Below are positions 1-13,594 of a stretch of 64,000 nt of DNA, in pieces (positions within the stretch are counted from its first letter, which is position 1; every line of letters starts with the position of its first letter). Source of the stretch: Chiloscyllium plagiosum (Eukaryota); NCBI RefSeq assembly GCF_004010195.1, contig NC_057751.1, forward strand, positions 19,368,535-19,432,534, read 5' to 3'. The position numbers were made by a program, and so were the translations under genes. The notes below the pieces were generated by a model that worked only from the letters and a program-made list of their open reading frames with translations, was not told the DNA's origin and made no database searches.

Positions 1-1220
1 TCCCTGCCAGTATGTTAGTCCCCTTCCAATTCAGGTGCAATCCATCCTTCTTGTACAGGTCACTTCTACCCCAGAACTGATTCCAATGATCCAAAAATGT
101 GAATCCTTCTCCCATACACCAGCTCCTCAGGCATGCATTCATCTGCTCTATCCTCCTATTCCTACCCTCACTAACTCACACTGTGAGTAATCCAGATATT
201 ACTACTCTCGAAGACCTCCTTTTCATCCTTCTTGTACAGGTCACTTCTACCCCAGAACTGATTCCAATGATCCAAAAATGTGAATCCTTCTCCCATACAC
301 CAGCTCCTCAGGCATGCATTCATCTGCTCTATCCTCCTATTCCTACCCTCACTAACTCACACTGTGAGTAATCCAGATATTACTACTCTCGAAGACCTCC
401 TTTTCAAATTCCTGCCTAACTCTCTATATTTCCCTTCAGAATCTCATCCTTTTCCCTTCCTATGTCATTGGTTCTAATGTGTACAATGACCTCTTGCTGG
501 GCCCTCTCCCCCTTGAGAACATTCTGCACCCTCTCTGAGACATCCTTGATCCTGGTACCAGGGAGGCACACACTATTCTGATTTTTCGCTGCCAGTCACA
601 GAAACGTCTGTCTGTGCCTCGGACTAGAGAGTTCCCTAACACAATTGATCTCTTGGAACTCAACGTATCCCTCGTTGCATTAGAGCCAGTCTCAATACCA
701 GAAACTTGGCTTTTCGTGCTACATTCCCCTGAAAATCCATCACCCCCTACATTTTCCAAAACAGCATACTTGTTTGAAATGGGATAGCCACAGAAGACTC
801 TTGCATTACCTGCCTACCTCTCTTACCTTTTCTGTAGTTAACCGCATCTAAGCAACTTTTCTCCCCTCCTATAACTGCCATCCATCACACCCCCTTGCTC
901 TTGTAAATTCCTCATTGCCTCTCACTGTCTCTCCAACTGATCCATTCGATCTGATAGGATTTGCAACCAACGGCATTTATTGTAGATATAATCCACAGTA
1001 ACATGTAAACTCTCCCTAAACTCCCACATCCAACAAGAAGAGCATTACTAAAGACCATTTTTGCTTCTTCCAATCTGCAGACCCAGAAAATAGCACTGTC
1101 TTATTCCTCTACAAAACACTGCTCCAGGCTAACTTAATACTTATGGCTTACATATTTAAGTTTAATCAAGAGACGTATCTCAATAAAACCTATAAGCAAG
1201 AAAGAACCCACTCTACTCAC
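1..1220 (-). mobile_element. CR1 LINE, decayed ORF1 (SGNH esterase-like) region
   Basis: ORF 460-759 contains IVLGNSLVRGTDRRFC, a CR1 ORF1 esterase-type motif; flanking sequence has stops and frameshifts. Confidence 0.8.
43..406. repeat. Exact 181-bp tandem duplication inside the CR1
   Basis: 43-223 is repeated at 224-404 with a CA microhomology at the junction; the ORF track gives identical peptides starting at 99 and 280. Confidence 0.95.
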
Positions 1221-2639
1221 TGGTTTGCATTGTGTAAATGTTTGCTCAGTGTTGGCTTCCTGCTGTGTTACTGCTCTGTATAGTATCTGTGTTTAAATAA
1301 TTTCATCAAAACAAAGAGCCTATCTTATACTCAGGAGGACTCAGATATCTTTGTTTTCCCACCACCAAGTTATCACATCTAATTGGACCTTTGACACTGC
1401 AAATTTGAGAAAATCCAGCAGCCTTTTTATATTTAATGACATGTTCCAATACTCGAGTTGATTGCTGTTGATGAGAAGTTAAGCATTAAATTGGGAAGGA
1501 GCAGATTTACAAAAGAGTTAATGGTCAATATATTACTTTCAGGAGATTTTGACTATTTGTATCCAGGATTATGGGAGAAATATTCTTGCAGGAGTTGAGC
1601 CTTCAGGAGAGAATGAGAAAAGGAGATAACCAGAGAGGAAAACAAAACAGAGCAGCATTTAATTCAAACATACTTTATTTGCCACACACTCCATTCCCTG
1701 ATTAAAGAAGAAGCCCTGTAGGTGCTTCTACTGCACTTGGTAAAACAGAATACATCTCTGGAGGGCACCTTTCCTTTCAGTGAATGTCAGTCTGCAGATC
1801 CACAGTGTCATGTCCAGCTGGTGGTTTAACCTGAGGGTCAAGGTTGAGAAGGTGGGACCTTCATGGTGCCACTCGGCTGGCACAGGCATTAAACCCCCAC
1901 TGTAGCCCTTACTCTGTATCACAAACCGGCTATTCAGCTAACCGACCTCCACTGTAGGCATAGTGCAGTTTTTAACCAATGTCAAGTCTAGATTCTGATT
2001 TTCATAACTTCACTCTGCCATTCATTCCAAAAATATCCAGCCATTACCATTGAGAAAGCGCAGTAGATCGACCAAAAACTGTAGGTCTGCTATTTGCTGC
2101 TGCAATTTTGGCCCTTTAGCAAGTACAGTACATGAGACTGTTCCGATATGCCTTACTACTTGTGCATAGGGTTCTTCATTCCACGCTTTCTGCTGTCACC
2201 AGTCCCTGACAAGTCTCCCAGCACACAGAACACATTGGAAATTCAGAAACTAACTCAATCCACCCTCCATTTGCTGCAGCTGTTGGAGCGCCTGGCATTG
2301 CAAGGCAGTAGCGATCAGGTTGTAAAATAGACTATGTTAACCAGTACCCAGAGAAAAGTGTCATTAATCAAATAGATTTCAAAATGATCTTGATGTCTGA
2401 GAAGAATGTCATAGATTGCAAATAGCGCTTGGAATAAAGATTTACAGTGAGACACAAGAGCTTTTCATTAAAAAAAAGTGACTGTCCAAAGAACTGAGAT
2501 CTGAATAAGCATGGTCTGATATCTTATAATTAAAGCTGTGCAGCAAAGGTCAGACATAAGCAGCGTAACAAAGGACAATAAATGTGGCTTTGTGTGAGAA
2601 GGCGAGGCAGGTTTGCCCCTTTGCTGTGCATTTGCTTAC

Positions 2640-2739
2640 ACTGATAAACTTGGGGATCGGAATCTGTTCATGTCCCTCGGTGATTGTGTAGAAAAGCATG
2701 TCTTCCAGTCCTGGCATCAGGCCCGGTTTGTGCTTCCTC
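2640..2739 (-). CDS. GLS2: Glutaminase coding exon 2 (RKHKPGLMPGLEDMLFYTITEGHEQIPIPKFIS)
   Basis: Peptide matches the vertebrate glutaminase motif [21 protein letters not shown]. Acceptor ctgtcctcag|G at 2740/2739 and donor AGT|gtaagc at 2640/2639 give a 100-nt exon. The rest of the gene must lie left of the window. Confidence 0.93.
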
Positions 2740-4373
2740 CTGAGGACAGACAAGCGCAGTAAGAGGGACGATAGATCACATTTCAACAGAGACTGATTAG
2801 AAGCTGACCTGATTGGGCAGTCAACTGGATCTGTCCAACAGCAACCTGTAGAAGCATTGTTTTGTCTGCAAACTGTATCACTGGCCATCAACCCAGACTA
2901 TTGGTCAGTAAAAATAGGCTGATCATTTTATGCTGGCGGTTTCATTTCCTTTACAGAGCACCCTAGTTCACACCTTGGCATTCAATTTGATTTTACAATC
3001 AGATTAAAATAGTGTACGAAGGAACTTTATTTTACACGTTCACCATCCAGATTAAGATGAACAACAGCAAGTAACATTTAAATAGCACATGGTAAAGATT
3101 TCACGATGTTCATCACAGAGGATCCTAAGCAGTAATGGAAGAGTTAAAAGAGATGGTTGAGGCAGTAGCTTTGGAGGAGATTTTTGAAGGTTCAAGCGAG
3201 GTATCAAGAACTTGCATTTATTGCCTTCAGGATTCCCAAAGTGCCTCACATCTAATTTCTGGCTTAAGTGCAGTTACTGAGGTGATGTAGGCAAGCACAA
3301 TGGTTAATTTGCAGACAGCAAGATTCCACAAACAAGTAAGAGGAATAACCAGTTAATATATTGATGATGACATTTGAAGGATGCGTGGTATCCAGGATGC
3401 ACTCCGTTGCTTGTCTTTGAAGAGTGCCAAGGATCTTTCACAATTATTGGAGCTACTGATTACTGCTTTGATTGAACTTTTTGCCCAAAGGTGAATAAGC
3501 AATAATTACTTTAGGAGAATTTTCCAGAATGTAGGGCCAGAATAGCTGAAGATAGAGTATAGGTAGGTCAGTGCAGAGGAGGGCAGAATCAAAACAGAAC
3601 ATGTGAACATATAGCTGGAGAAGACAACTGAGGCAGAATAAGGTGAGGCCAGAGAGGGAATTGTAAATAAACCATTTTAATGGGGACATGGAATCAAAAG
3701 AGGTCAACAAGGATGGAATAATAGGAGAACGAGATACATAGACAGCAGAGTTTGAAGAGTTACAGAATCACAGAGTTGTTATAGTACAGAAGAGGGCAAT
3801 TTATCCCATTGCGGCTGTACCAGCTCTCCAAATGAACAATTCATTTAGTGCCATTCTCCCACTTTCTCTCCATAATCCCGCACTTTCTTCTTTTTGCAAT
3901 AATCATCTAATTCCCTTTCCAAAGATTCAACTGAACTTGTCTCCACTACACTCTCTGCTACTGCATTCCACACCTTAAGCACTTTTGCTTCTTTTACCAA
4001 TAACTTTAAATCCATGCTCCCTCATTTGTAATCCTTTCATGAATGGGAACAGTTTCTCCCTATCTCCTCTCATGATTTTGAATACCTTTGATTTTGCATA
4101 GCACTCCTTTTGTCTTTGGAGGCTTTGAGCACTCTCATCATCTGTTCCATTCGCTCTTTCTCCCTCTTTGTCAACAACCTTCATTTTCCAGCCCTGTTCA
4201 GTTCTGAAGAGGAGTCATGGGACTCAAAACATTAACGCTGCTCCTCTCCACAAATGCTGGCACATTTTTTCCACCACTGTTTTATTTCAAAATAACCTTC
4301 TTGGTCTTGTACTCTATGCCCCTATTCATAAAACCTAGGATACTATATGCTTTATTAATCATGCTCTCAACTT

Positions 4374-4675
4374 GCACGGTGGCTCAGTGGTTAGCGCTGC
4401 TGCCTCACAGCACCAGGGACCAGGGTTCAATTCCCATCTTGGGCAACTGTATGTGTGGAGATTGCACATTTTCCCTATGTCTGCGTGGGTTTCCTCCGGG
4501 TGCTCCGGTTTCCTCCCACAATCCAAAGATGTGCAGGTTAGGTGAATTGGCCATGCTAAATTGCCCGTAGTGTTGGGGTAAATGTAGGGGAATGTGTATG
4601 GGTGGGTTGCTCTTCGGAGGGTTGGTGTGGACTTGTTGGGCCGAAGGGCCTATTTCCACACTGTAGGGAATCTAA
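4374..4675 (+). mobile_element. tRNA-derived V-SINE (HE1-like)
   Basis: A box TGGCTCAGTGG, B box GGTTCAATTCC, V-domain ...tctgcgtgggtttcctccgggtgctccggtttcctccc..., and a CR1-like tail. Confidence 0.9.
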
Positions 4676-4679
4676 ACTT

Positions 4680-5470
4680 GCCATGCAACCTTCAGTGACA
4701 TACACATGTAACCCAGGTTCTTCTGCTCCTGCACTCCAAACAGAATTGTGTCATTCACTTGTCCACCCACTGCACCAACATGTCCATATCCATTTGAAGT
4801 TCTACATTATTTTCCTCAAAGTTCATGGCACTTATAAATTTTGTATCATCTGTAAATTTAGAAATTGTGCCATGTGAATCAAGATCCAGGTCATTAATAT
4901 AACAGGAAATGTCAGAATCCTTATACTGACCACTAGGAACCCTCATCCAGCCTGAAAAACATTCATTAACCACAACTCAGTTTCTTATCAGTCGGCCAGT
5001 TTCATATCCATGTTGCTGCTCTCCTTTTCATAAGGTATAATATTGCTCACAAGTCTGTGTGGCACTGTATCAAACTAATTTTGGAAGTCCACATATCTCA
5101 CGTCAACTGTTTTGCCTTTGTCAACCTTCCATTACCTCTTTAAAAAACTCCAAGTTAAATATGATTTTCCCTTCGTGAACTTTCTTTAATTAACCCATAT
5201 TTGCCCATGTGACTATTAAATTTGTTCTGAATGATTGATTCTAGAGGTTTCTCAGATACCAAAGTTAAACTGACTGGTCTATAGTTCCTTGGCTTATCCT
5301 TACACTTTTTTTGAACAAGGGTATAACCTTTGCAATTTTTCAGTTGTCTGCCTTGAACCATAAGTCTAAGGAAGACTGAAAAATTATTGCAAGTGTTTTT
5401 GCAATTTCCACCCACATTTTTCTCAGTGATTGGATGCATCTAATCCCATCCTGGTTTCTTATCCACTTTA
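4680..5470 (-). mobile_element. CR1 LINE ORF2 (RT) decayed fragment
   Basis: Peptides NYRPVSLT and YINDLD...ISKFTDDTK in the ORF track. Confidence 0.85.
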
Positions 5471-5716
5471 AACACACACAATCTATACAGTTAGAAAAGT
5501 GTAGAGTACAGGTATAGAGCAGGACCACTGGCAAGATGACCACTAGAGAAAGTAAAAATGGAGGTTATGTATATTAGAGAGAGTTTTCAGCAATTGGTGG
5601 ATGATATTGTGGAGGTAAAACTAGATGGTCCTTTTAATAGATGAGATAAATATACAGTAGTTTTAAACTAATGCATATAGACATGGAACATTGGAGTTGA
5701 GGTGGTGAACATGGTA

Positions 5717-6143
5717 TAGAGTCATAGAGATGTACAGCATGGAAACAGACCCTTCGGTCCAACCCGTCCGTGCCGACCAGATATCCCAACCCAATCTAGT
5801 CCCACCTGCCAGCACCCGGCTCATATCCCTCCAAACCCTTCCTATTCATATACCCATCCAAATGCCTCTTAAATGTTGCAATTGTACCAGCCTCCACCAC
5901 TTCCTCTGGCAGCTCATTCCATACACGTACCACCCTCTGCGTGAAAAAGTTGCCCCTTAGGTCTCTTTTATATCTTTCCCCTCTCACCCTAAACCTATGC
6001 CCTCTAGTTCTGGACTCCCCGACCCCAGGGAAAAGACTTTGTCTATTTATCCTATCCATGCCCCTCATAATTTTGTAAACCTCTATAAGGTCACCCCTCA
6101 GCCTCCGATGCTCCAGGGAAAACAGCCCCAGCCTGTTCAGCCT
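5717..6143 (-). mobile_element. CR1 LINE 3' end (young)
   Basis: RLNRLGLFSLEHRRLRGDLIEVYKIM...WNELP, with a (ctatgact)n-type tail. Confidence 0.92.
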
Positions 6144-9100
6144 GTATGCATACTCACAGAAAAGAATGCTTTGAGGTGAAAAGCAGCCTGCAAGTCCATT
6201 TGTCAGGAGAGATTGGGAGACAATCATATGTGAATTGATACAGGATTGTTCAGAAGCAACATACCTGAAGGTCAAGAAACAGGTCATCCTGTCCTTTCAG
6301 CCAAGAATACGAGAGGAACAATGAGTTAAGATTTTTCATGAGAAAATATATTTGTTTTGTTTAAGTCCTCAAGATGTCAGCTATGAATGAGTAACAGATA
6401 TAGCTAATATACAGGATCGTACCGGAACAATACCATATATGTGTATTATTGTATTTTTTTTACTGTTAAAGAGGTATTCATTGTGGAAAGGGTTATGACT
6501 GTGGCAGAAAGATGATGGGAGAAAAGTAGCTCGAGGAAGCAATCTCTTAAATCAATTGGTCCGATTTACTTTCACACCTTTTAATAAGGCAAACTCTTGC
6601 ATTTACACAGCGCCTTATAACAACTCAGAAGCATGCCAAAGCATTTCAGTACAATAAATGACTACATCGGAACTGATTTCTTAGGTAACTATGGAAGTCA
6701 TTTTGCACGCAGCAAGGTTCCACAAGTAAGACCCATTGAAAGAATATTGTCTAAGATACTGGAAGACACTCAAAGAACGTTTTTTTAATTATTCTAATTT
6801 GTTCATGGGATCATTAGCACTCACCTGAGCCAGTAAAACAGGCATCTGAAGGAAATCTCCAGTATTGTGGTTCAAGTCCAAGGTGTAGGCTTGAATCCAA
6901 TCTTTTGGCTCAAGGTGAGAGTGCTGACCACTGAATCACAGTTGACACTGCTAAAGTCAATTCACATTTGCATATTGGTAAAATCAGAAATGAGAGTTTT
7001 GACAAATGCTCAAAATAACCTCACTGCCAGCTCGCAGGAATCATTAAACCCCAGAAAGAACTCAACAAAGGACTCCTTTCCAAGACTCTGTACAGCTGAA
7101 ATTATGTTTTAGGAACATAGAAACAGAAGTAGGCCAGCAGCCCCTCGAGCTGGTCCTGCCATGGAATGATTGATCTATGGCTTAACTCCAATGCTTGTCT
7201 TTAGCCCATATCTCTTAATACGTTTGCTTAACAAAACGTTATCTTTTCCATATTTAAAACTAACAACTGATTTAGCATCAACTTCAGTTTGTGGAAGAAA
7301 ATTCCAAACCTCTACCTACCATCTTTTGTGTGCAGAAGTGCTTTTTATTTAAATAGAGATATTTAAAATCATGAGGGGATTTGGTATATAAGTGAGTTGG
7401 TAATTAGAAGTCATAGATTTAAAATAATTTGCATAAAAATGAGAGAGGCTATGAGAAATTTCTTCACACAAAGGGTTTTTAAGATCTGGAGCACTACCTG
7501 AAAGGGTAGTAAAATCAGATATCATTGGAACTTTAAAGAAAAATGAATAAGTACTTGAAGGAGATTGACTTACAGAGTTCCGGGGGAGAAGAAATGGCTA
7601 GGACTATATTGGATGTCTCTTTTCAAAGAGCCAGCACAGGCATGATGAGTCAAGTAGCCTCTCCATTGAAAGATTCTTTGAATCACAATGACTCACCACT
7701 CCAATGATATGAGAGACAATACTTCCTGGAACATTCCCATCAATGTTGTCAGTAGCCTTAGTGTATTGGGACCATGACATTTGGAAAAATTGCATTTAAG
7801 TCAATATACCTTCATTCATCACTTTGATTTGCTTTACGTGTCATCAGTGACAGATTGTACATCAGATAAGTGGATGGAATCTTGTTTCTCGGTCTTTGCT
7901 ATTACTATTCTGGACAGGCTGCTAGGAGATACACAAGAACTATCCAGGGAACAACTCAGCTTTGCACTGTTTCCGTTCCCTTGAACACCTGAAGTGCAAA
8001 ACCTCCAGCATGTCTCAGAGCAGAGGAAATGTGCTTGCTACTGCATAGCGCATTGTGTTGACGCTACAATATATTGTGCCATTTTACCAAGTCTTTTCAG
8101 CTACAGTGACAGGAGAATGTGACATCTATCAGAGGATGGTGGCTAAGAGGTGTACAGTATGATTACATTAGAGAAAACTGAATTTAGATTTTCTGGCCAT
8201 CTGTGTTGGCTGTACAATTGCGGGGGAATGAAGGGGTGGTGCAGTGGCACAAACTGTCGGCAAACTTTATCTGTGTGGTTCCTCTGGCTACATTGTGTGC
8301 TAGAGTGTCAGTACAGTTTCATCTTGTCTTGATGCCACAGATATACAGTATTCAAAAATATTTAATTGAGTATTCAGCTTTTGCAACAGGACTGCACCTA
8401 CCCTCTCGCACAGCTCATTTTAAATGAACTTAGTATGTACCTTGGATCCTTTTATAGAACATTTTTAGTGCTATGTTTTTATTGAAGATTTCTTGTTCCA
8501 AATGTTTATGTACATTTATCTGAAAAGATGGTGAACTTTTTTGGGGAACAATTATATTTCACAGTTACAAGTTTGAGTTTAAGCATCCCAATTATATAAT
8601 GCCCACTAAATCACTGGAAAGTGAACCAGAAGTTAAATATGTACAAGCCGATGGTAGAGCAGATGCAGGTGATAGGACACCTAAAAAAGATTTGTTTTGA
8701 TATCAACTTTCAGAAGAGGTCAAGCAATTAGAGTGTAGAGGCAGGGAACAATTGACATCAAAGCTTACACTGAGGGTTGATTTGGAAGTGCCCCAAATGC
8801 AGTATTTTAGGATTGAAGTGGTACAATAGGAAAGGAGACATGGCAGGACAATCAGTAGACAGCTAAGTTGCTTACCATAATGGCACCAACTACATCTTTG
8901 GTCCTTGCCATGTTTCCTAATGACCAAGTGGAACTTCATCCACATGTCCTGGGTCAGCAAGAGCCACTTGAAGAATTTTGCCACCTACTACAAGGACATC
9001 TGCAGCGAACAGGAAACTAATATACAGTGTTGGCAGCAGTCAATCAAGGTCACCATTATCTTCAAATATTTGCATTCAGAAGAGCCAGTTGCACATGTAG

Positions 9101-9596
9101 CAATCAGGTGACTGATGACCAGCCCTCACATCTCTTTTCCCACTGAGTAACAATAGAACCGTGACTCAGCTGCCCAAGGCAAAGAGTAATTAGTTACAAT
9201 CTTAGTTATTAACTTTGGCGAATGATGCTGGAATTCTACAGATTAAAGAAGCATAGATTAAGGGTTGTATCTCATCAAGGTTCAAATGATAATGACATCT
9301 CAAAACACTGCAAATGTACTACCAGTATTGTCTTCACAAGATCCTCCAAATCCAGTGACAAGAATGGTGGTTCAACAGCAGCATCCTCTCCCAAACTAAC
9401 CTGTCCAGCATTGAGATGCTGATCTCTCAAAACCAGCTCTGCTGGGCAGGACAAGTTGCTTGTATGTCTAAAATTAGACTTTGGAGTCCCTATCCCAGCA
9501 AAAGTGCAGGAAAATTGTGTTAAAGTAGAAAATCAGCAATGGTCTTATTGAATGGCAGAGCTGAATGTCTTCCTCCTGGTCCTATTTGTTATGTCC

Positions 9597-10955
9597 TTAA
9601 GCCTAACATCTCTGGTAGGTAAGTTACTTGAGAAGATTCTGAGGGATACGATATACATGCATTTGGAAAGACAAGGCTTGATTAGGAGTAGTCAGCATGG
9701 CTTTTTGCATGAGAGACCATGCCTCACAAATTTGTTACAGTTCTTTGATGAAGTGACCAGGAAGGTTGATGATGACAGGGCAGTATACGTGGTCTATGTG
9801 GATTTCAGTAAGGCCTTTGATAAGGTTGCTCATGGTAGGCTGCTCTGGAAGTTAGATCTCATGGAATTCAGGGAGAGCTGGCAAATTGGATACACAATTG
9901 GCTTGATGGTAGGAAGCAGAGGGTAATAGTGGAAGGATGCTTATTGGACTGTGATGAGAGGGGTGCCTCAGGGGTCGGTGCTGGGCCCATTGCTGTTTGT
10001 TATCTATATCAATGATTTGGATGAGAATGTACAAGGCATGATTAGTAAGTTTGCAAATGACAGTACAATAGGCGGTATCATAGACAGTGAAGAACGCCAT
10101 CAGAAATTGCAGCAGGAACTTGCTGAGCTGGGGAAGTGGGCTGAGAAATGGCAAATGGAGTTCAATATATTGAAGTGTGAGGTGTTGCATTTTGGAAAGT
10201 CAAATCAAGGTAGGAGTTTCATGGTGAATAGTAAGGTCGTAAGGAGTGTAGTGGAACAGAGGGACCTTGGAATTCAGATGCACAGTTCTCTAAAAGTGGA
10301 GTCACAGGTAGGCAGGGCAGTGAAGAAGGCTTTTGGCACATTGGCCTTCCTCAGTCAGGGCACTTGAGTATAGAAGCTGGAAAGTTGTGTTGCAAATGTA
10401 CAGGAAGTTGGTGAAGCCGCATTTGGAGTATTGTGTTCAGTTTTAGACACCTTGCTGTAGGAAGGATGTTATTAAAGTGGAAAGAGTGCAGAAGAAATTT
10501 ACAGGGATGTTGTCAGGACTCGATGGTCTGAGTTATAGGGAGAGATTGGACAAGCTGGGACTTTTTTTCTTTCGAGCATAGGAGACTGAGGGGAGATTTT
10601 ATAAAAGTCTGTAAGATGATGAGAGGCATGGAGAGGGTGCACTCAGTCTTTTTCCCAGGGTTGGGGAATCAAGGGCTCGAGGACATTAGTTTAAGGTAAG
10701 AGGGGAAAGAATAAAAGAGAACCTGAGGGGCATTGTCTTTTTATAGAGGGTGGTACACATTTGGAAGTGGAATTGGTTGAGGCAGGTACATTGACAACAT
10801 TTCAAAAGCATTTGGACAAATACATGGATAGGAAAGGTTTGGAAGGATATGGGCCAAGTGCAGGGAAATGGGGTTACTGTGGATGGACATTTTGGTTGGC
10901 CTGGACCAGTTTGGGTTGAAAGGCCTATCTCCATGCTGTAGGACTCACTATTCTA
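9597..10955 (+). mobile_element. CR1 LINE ORF2 RT to 3' end, decayed
   Basis: DFSKAFDKV, GVPQGSVLGPLLF and SKFANDS motifs with stops. Confidence 0.92.
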
Positions 10956-10964
10956 TGTAGCGTA

Positions 10965-11300
10965 TGCTTGACTTGGAACTCAGTTGCAGATAGAGACTCC
11001 CAAGAGGACAGTGGAAATTTAGAAATGTCCTTAAAGCCTCCCTGAAGAGGCCAAACATGCCCCACTGACTCATGAAAGTACCCTGGCTTTACACCAACCA
11101 AAATGGAGAAGACTCATTTCGGAAGGTACGATACCATCAGAGACTGTGACAGAAATACAGAGGCCGAGTGAAGATATCAGACGGAGCACTTAAACATTCA
11201 TAGAATCCATTTACTTGACTCTTTAATCACTCCCTGCCCATATGTGGCAGAGCCTGTCAAGCCTGTCAAGCATGATTGGACTCAGCCATCTCAGAATCTA
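10965..11300 (+). mobile_element. RTE-type LINE 3' fragment
   Basis: Degenerate LKASLKRANM...KWRRLI, resembling the RTE ORF C-terminus. Confidence 0.5.
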
Positions 11301-11579
11301 TTGAACTGGAGTGAAGCCAGGTTATCCTCAATTCAGAGAGACTGTCTAAAAAGATTATGAAGGGAGTAAATTGTGCTCCAATTAACTGTTTGTTCCAAAT
11401 AAATAGGCTAAGGAGGTTGGGTGAGGTGTGAGGTCACTATTTGAAGTTTGTAAGTCCAGAATCAGGTTAATTAGTTGTCAGGAGGAGATGATTCTTTTCC
11501 CAGAGAATAGTGGCCCTGTGGAGCACACTACCATCAGGTTTGGAAATTAATTTTCCCCTAATTGGATTCATTTTTGCTA

Positions 11580-11985
11580 AAACAAAAGTGTTGCTGGAAA
11601 AGCGCAGTAGGTCAGGCAGCATCCAAGGAGCAGAGGAATCGACGTTTCGGGCATAAGCCCTTCTTCAGGAATGAGGAGGGTGTGCTAAGCGGGCTGAGAT
11701 AAAAAGGTAGGGAGGAGGGACTTGGGGGAGGGGCTTTGGGAATAGATAGGTGGAAGGAGTTTAAGGTGAGGGTGATAGGCCGGAGAGGGGGTGGGGGCGG
11801 AGTGGTCGGGAAGAAGATTTCAGGTCAAGAAGGCGGTGCTGAGTCCGAGGGTTGGGACTGAGATAAGGTGGGGGGAGGGGAAATGAGGAAGCTGGAGAAA
11901 TCTACATTTATCCCTTGTGGTTGGAGGGTTCCTAGGCGGAAGATGAGGCGCTCTTCTTCCAGGCGTCGTGTTGCCATAGTCTGGC
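11580..11985 (-). mobile_element. Penelope-like element 3' fragment with 9-bp TSD
   Basis: GIY-YIG tail (RRLEEERLIFRLGTLQPQGINVDFSSF on -), then the pLTR with a hammerhead core. TSD tttttgcta at 11571-11579 and 11986-11994. Confidence 0.85.
11641..11668 (-). ncRNA. Minimal hammerhead ribozyme core (Penelope-type)
   Basis: On -: CUGAAGA-A-GGGC-UUAU-GCCC-GAAA-CGUC. Confidence 0.7.
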
Positions 11986-12890
11986 TTTTTGCTAGTAGAT
12001 TACATTAATCTTGGTAGAGAGTGTACTGTGATGCACATGGCATCCATTTGCTTTGACCAGGCTGGATAGACCAGAGGGATTTTACTTATATTTCATCACT
12101 GAGTTGGGTTGCCGGAATGTTGCTTGCAGGCAGCTTGTCACCTGTATCCAGAGCTGAGCTAACACTGCATCCGCCAAATGTGACAAAGCTGACTTACTCA
12201 AACAACACTTTTTGACCAAAAACTTGCATATTTGTTTTATTCCTTCACAGAATGAGGGGGAGAATACTCATTCCGAATTGCCCCGGAGAAGATCGTGAGC
12301 TCCCTTCTTGAACCACTGCAGTTTGTTATGTCATTGTAAATTCAAACGTTTATAACCTGTAGATTAAATGACGCGAAAAACTGCTCACAGAAGGTTAATT
12401 ATTTTTGAGCAGGACATTTTTTCCGTCCCGTGCGCCATATGATGTGTTTTGAATAAGGTGAGACACTACAACACAGAAGCACTTGTTGGTTCATTCTTTA
12501 TAATCACGGGTTAACCTGCCACAACACAACACAACATAAACCATAATGTTTTACTCAATTTACTTCATTGCTTCGGTAGCTTCAGAAAGCTACTGTTTAC
12601 CCAGTCAAATCCACTCAGATTGTCAATAGGAAATGATTGTGACAACTCAGTATTATCTATTTGTCTTTAATCTACGATGTAAACTTTAAAATTCACGAAG
12701 CTTCGAAATAAAGTACACGAAAGGAACAAGAGTGAGATAGGTTCGACCTGTCAGTATCAACAAAAATTAAGACTGGAGATCGAACGTCAAATTAATGTTA
12801 ATCAGCCTCTTTCTCTTCACATATGCGGACAGATCTGCGACGTGGCTGTGAAGTAAACTGGAGTTGATCTGTGGCGCGTGTTTTACTCAC

Positions 12891-13117
12891 GGTTCTTTCT
12901 GAACGTCTCCATTCTCATTTTTTTTCACCGGGGACTTCAAGGCTTTTAGGAGGGGATTTCTATCAGCACCGCTCACGCCTCTCGTCGCTCGCCCCCTGGG
13001 GGAATGTTGCCATGTCCACAGTCGATTGACAAAGCTGTTGGGTTTCCCCAAAACATTTTCGACTCGAAAGTGACAGGCTCCAGCTGTGAAGCAAGGTAGT
13101 GATTTTAAACGATGCAT
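12891..13117 (-). CDS. GLS2: Glutaminase, mitochondrial (GLS2-like), coding exon 1 encoding a probable mitochondrial presequence
   Basis: ATG at 13117 opens MHRLKSLPCF...DVQKEP, which is Arg/Lys-rich and poor in acidic residues at the N-terminus. The exon ends at a strong donor (GAACC|GTGAGT at 12890) in phase 2, matching the phase-2 start of the glutaminase exon at 2739. It lies in a CpG-rich region. GLS2 versus GLS/GLS-like paralog is not certain. Confidence 0.8.
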
Positions 13118-13560
13118 TCCTGACTAACACCTAGCGCATTTCCCTCTTCGGTAATATAGTGATCCTTCAACCTCTTTCTCTAATATATCTGCCTAGTCAA
13201 CTCTTCCTTTCTTCTTCCCTTTCACTAACTCCGTTTTTTCCCCTCCTCCCCCACTCGCAGACTGTCAATCAATTTCCCTCCTCTCTTCCATCTATCAATG
13301 TTGAACACGCGGTGCAGGCAAACTTTACAAGTGTAGGTGGGGCCAAAACGACAGGGCTCCCGTCCAAACAGAAACGTCGCTCCCTGGAAGGCGGTGCCCC
13401 GACTCTGTCAGGCTGTCTGGTCATTGCTGACATCAGTTAGATTTGCCACTGGGCTGACGACTGGATGGTGAAAGCGGTGATGACATTATTGACACTTGGC
13501 ATCTATTCTAGTGTGAGGGGAACAGGAGCACGAAAGGTATCACGCAAGAGCTTCTAATTC
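13118..13560 (-). promoter_or_regulatory. Glutaminase 5'UTR/promoter region
   Basis: Non-repetitive sequence with locally elevated CpG, immediately upstream of the exon-1 ATG. CRE-like TGACATCA near 13428. Confidence 0.55.
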
Positions 13561-13594
13561 AGTGCTTCACACCCAGCCCAGGCTGACATGTACA

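Noticed and set aside
2740..2891. N-terminal part of ORF 2550-2891 as glutaminase coding sequence
   Set aside because: It lies upstream of a clear splice acceptor and has no glutaminase similarity; it is intronic read-through.
4217..4877. Recurrent short ORFs such as VAQWLALLPH... and RCCLTCCAF...
   Set aside because: These are translations of V-SINE and Penelope pLTR sequence, not genes.
11250..11278. p53 response element (human GLS2 is a p53 target)
   Set aside because: The agcctgtca repeat has a 9-bp period rather than paired RRRCWWGYYY decamers, and lies in an RTE remnant. The half-site GGACATGTCT at 14584 is single and inside a Penelope.
12960..13013. Internal gacATGG at 13013 as the glutaminase start
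   Set aside because: It is out of frame with exon 2 and stops after 16 codons.
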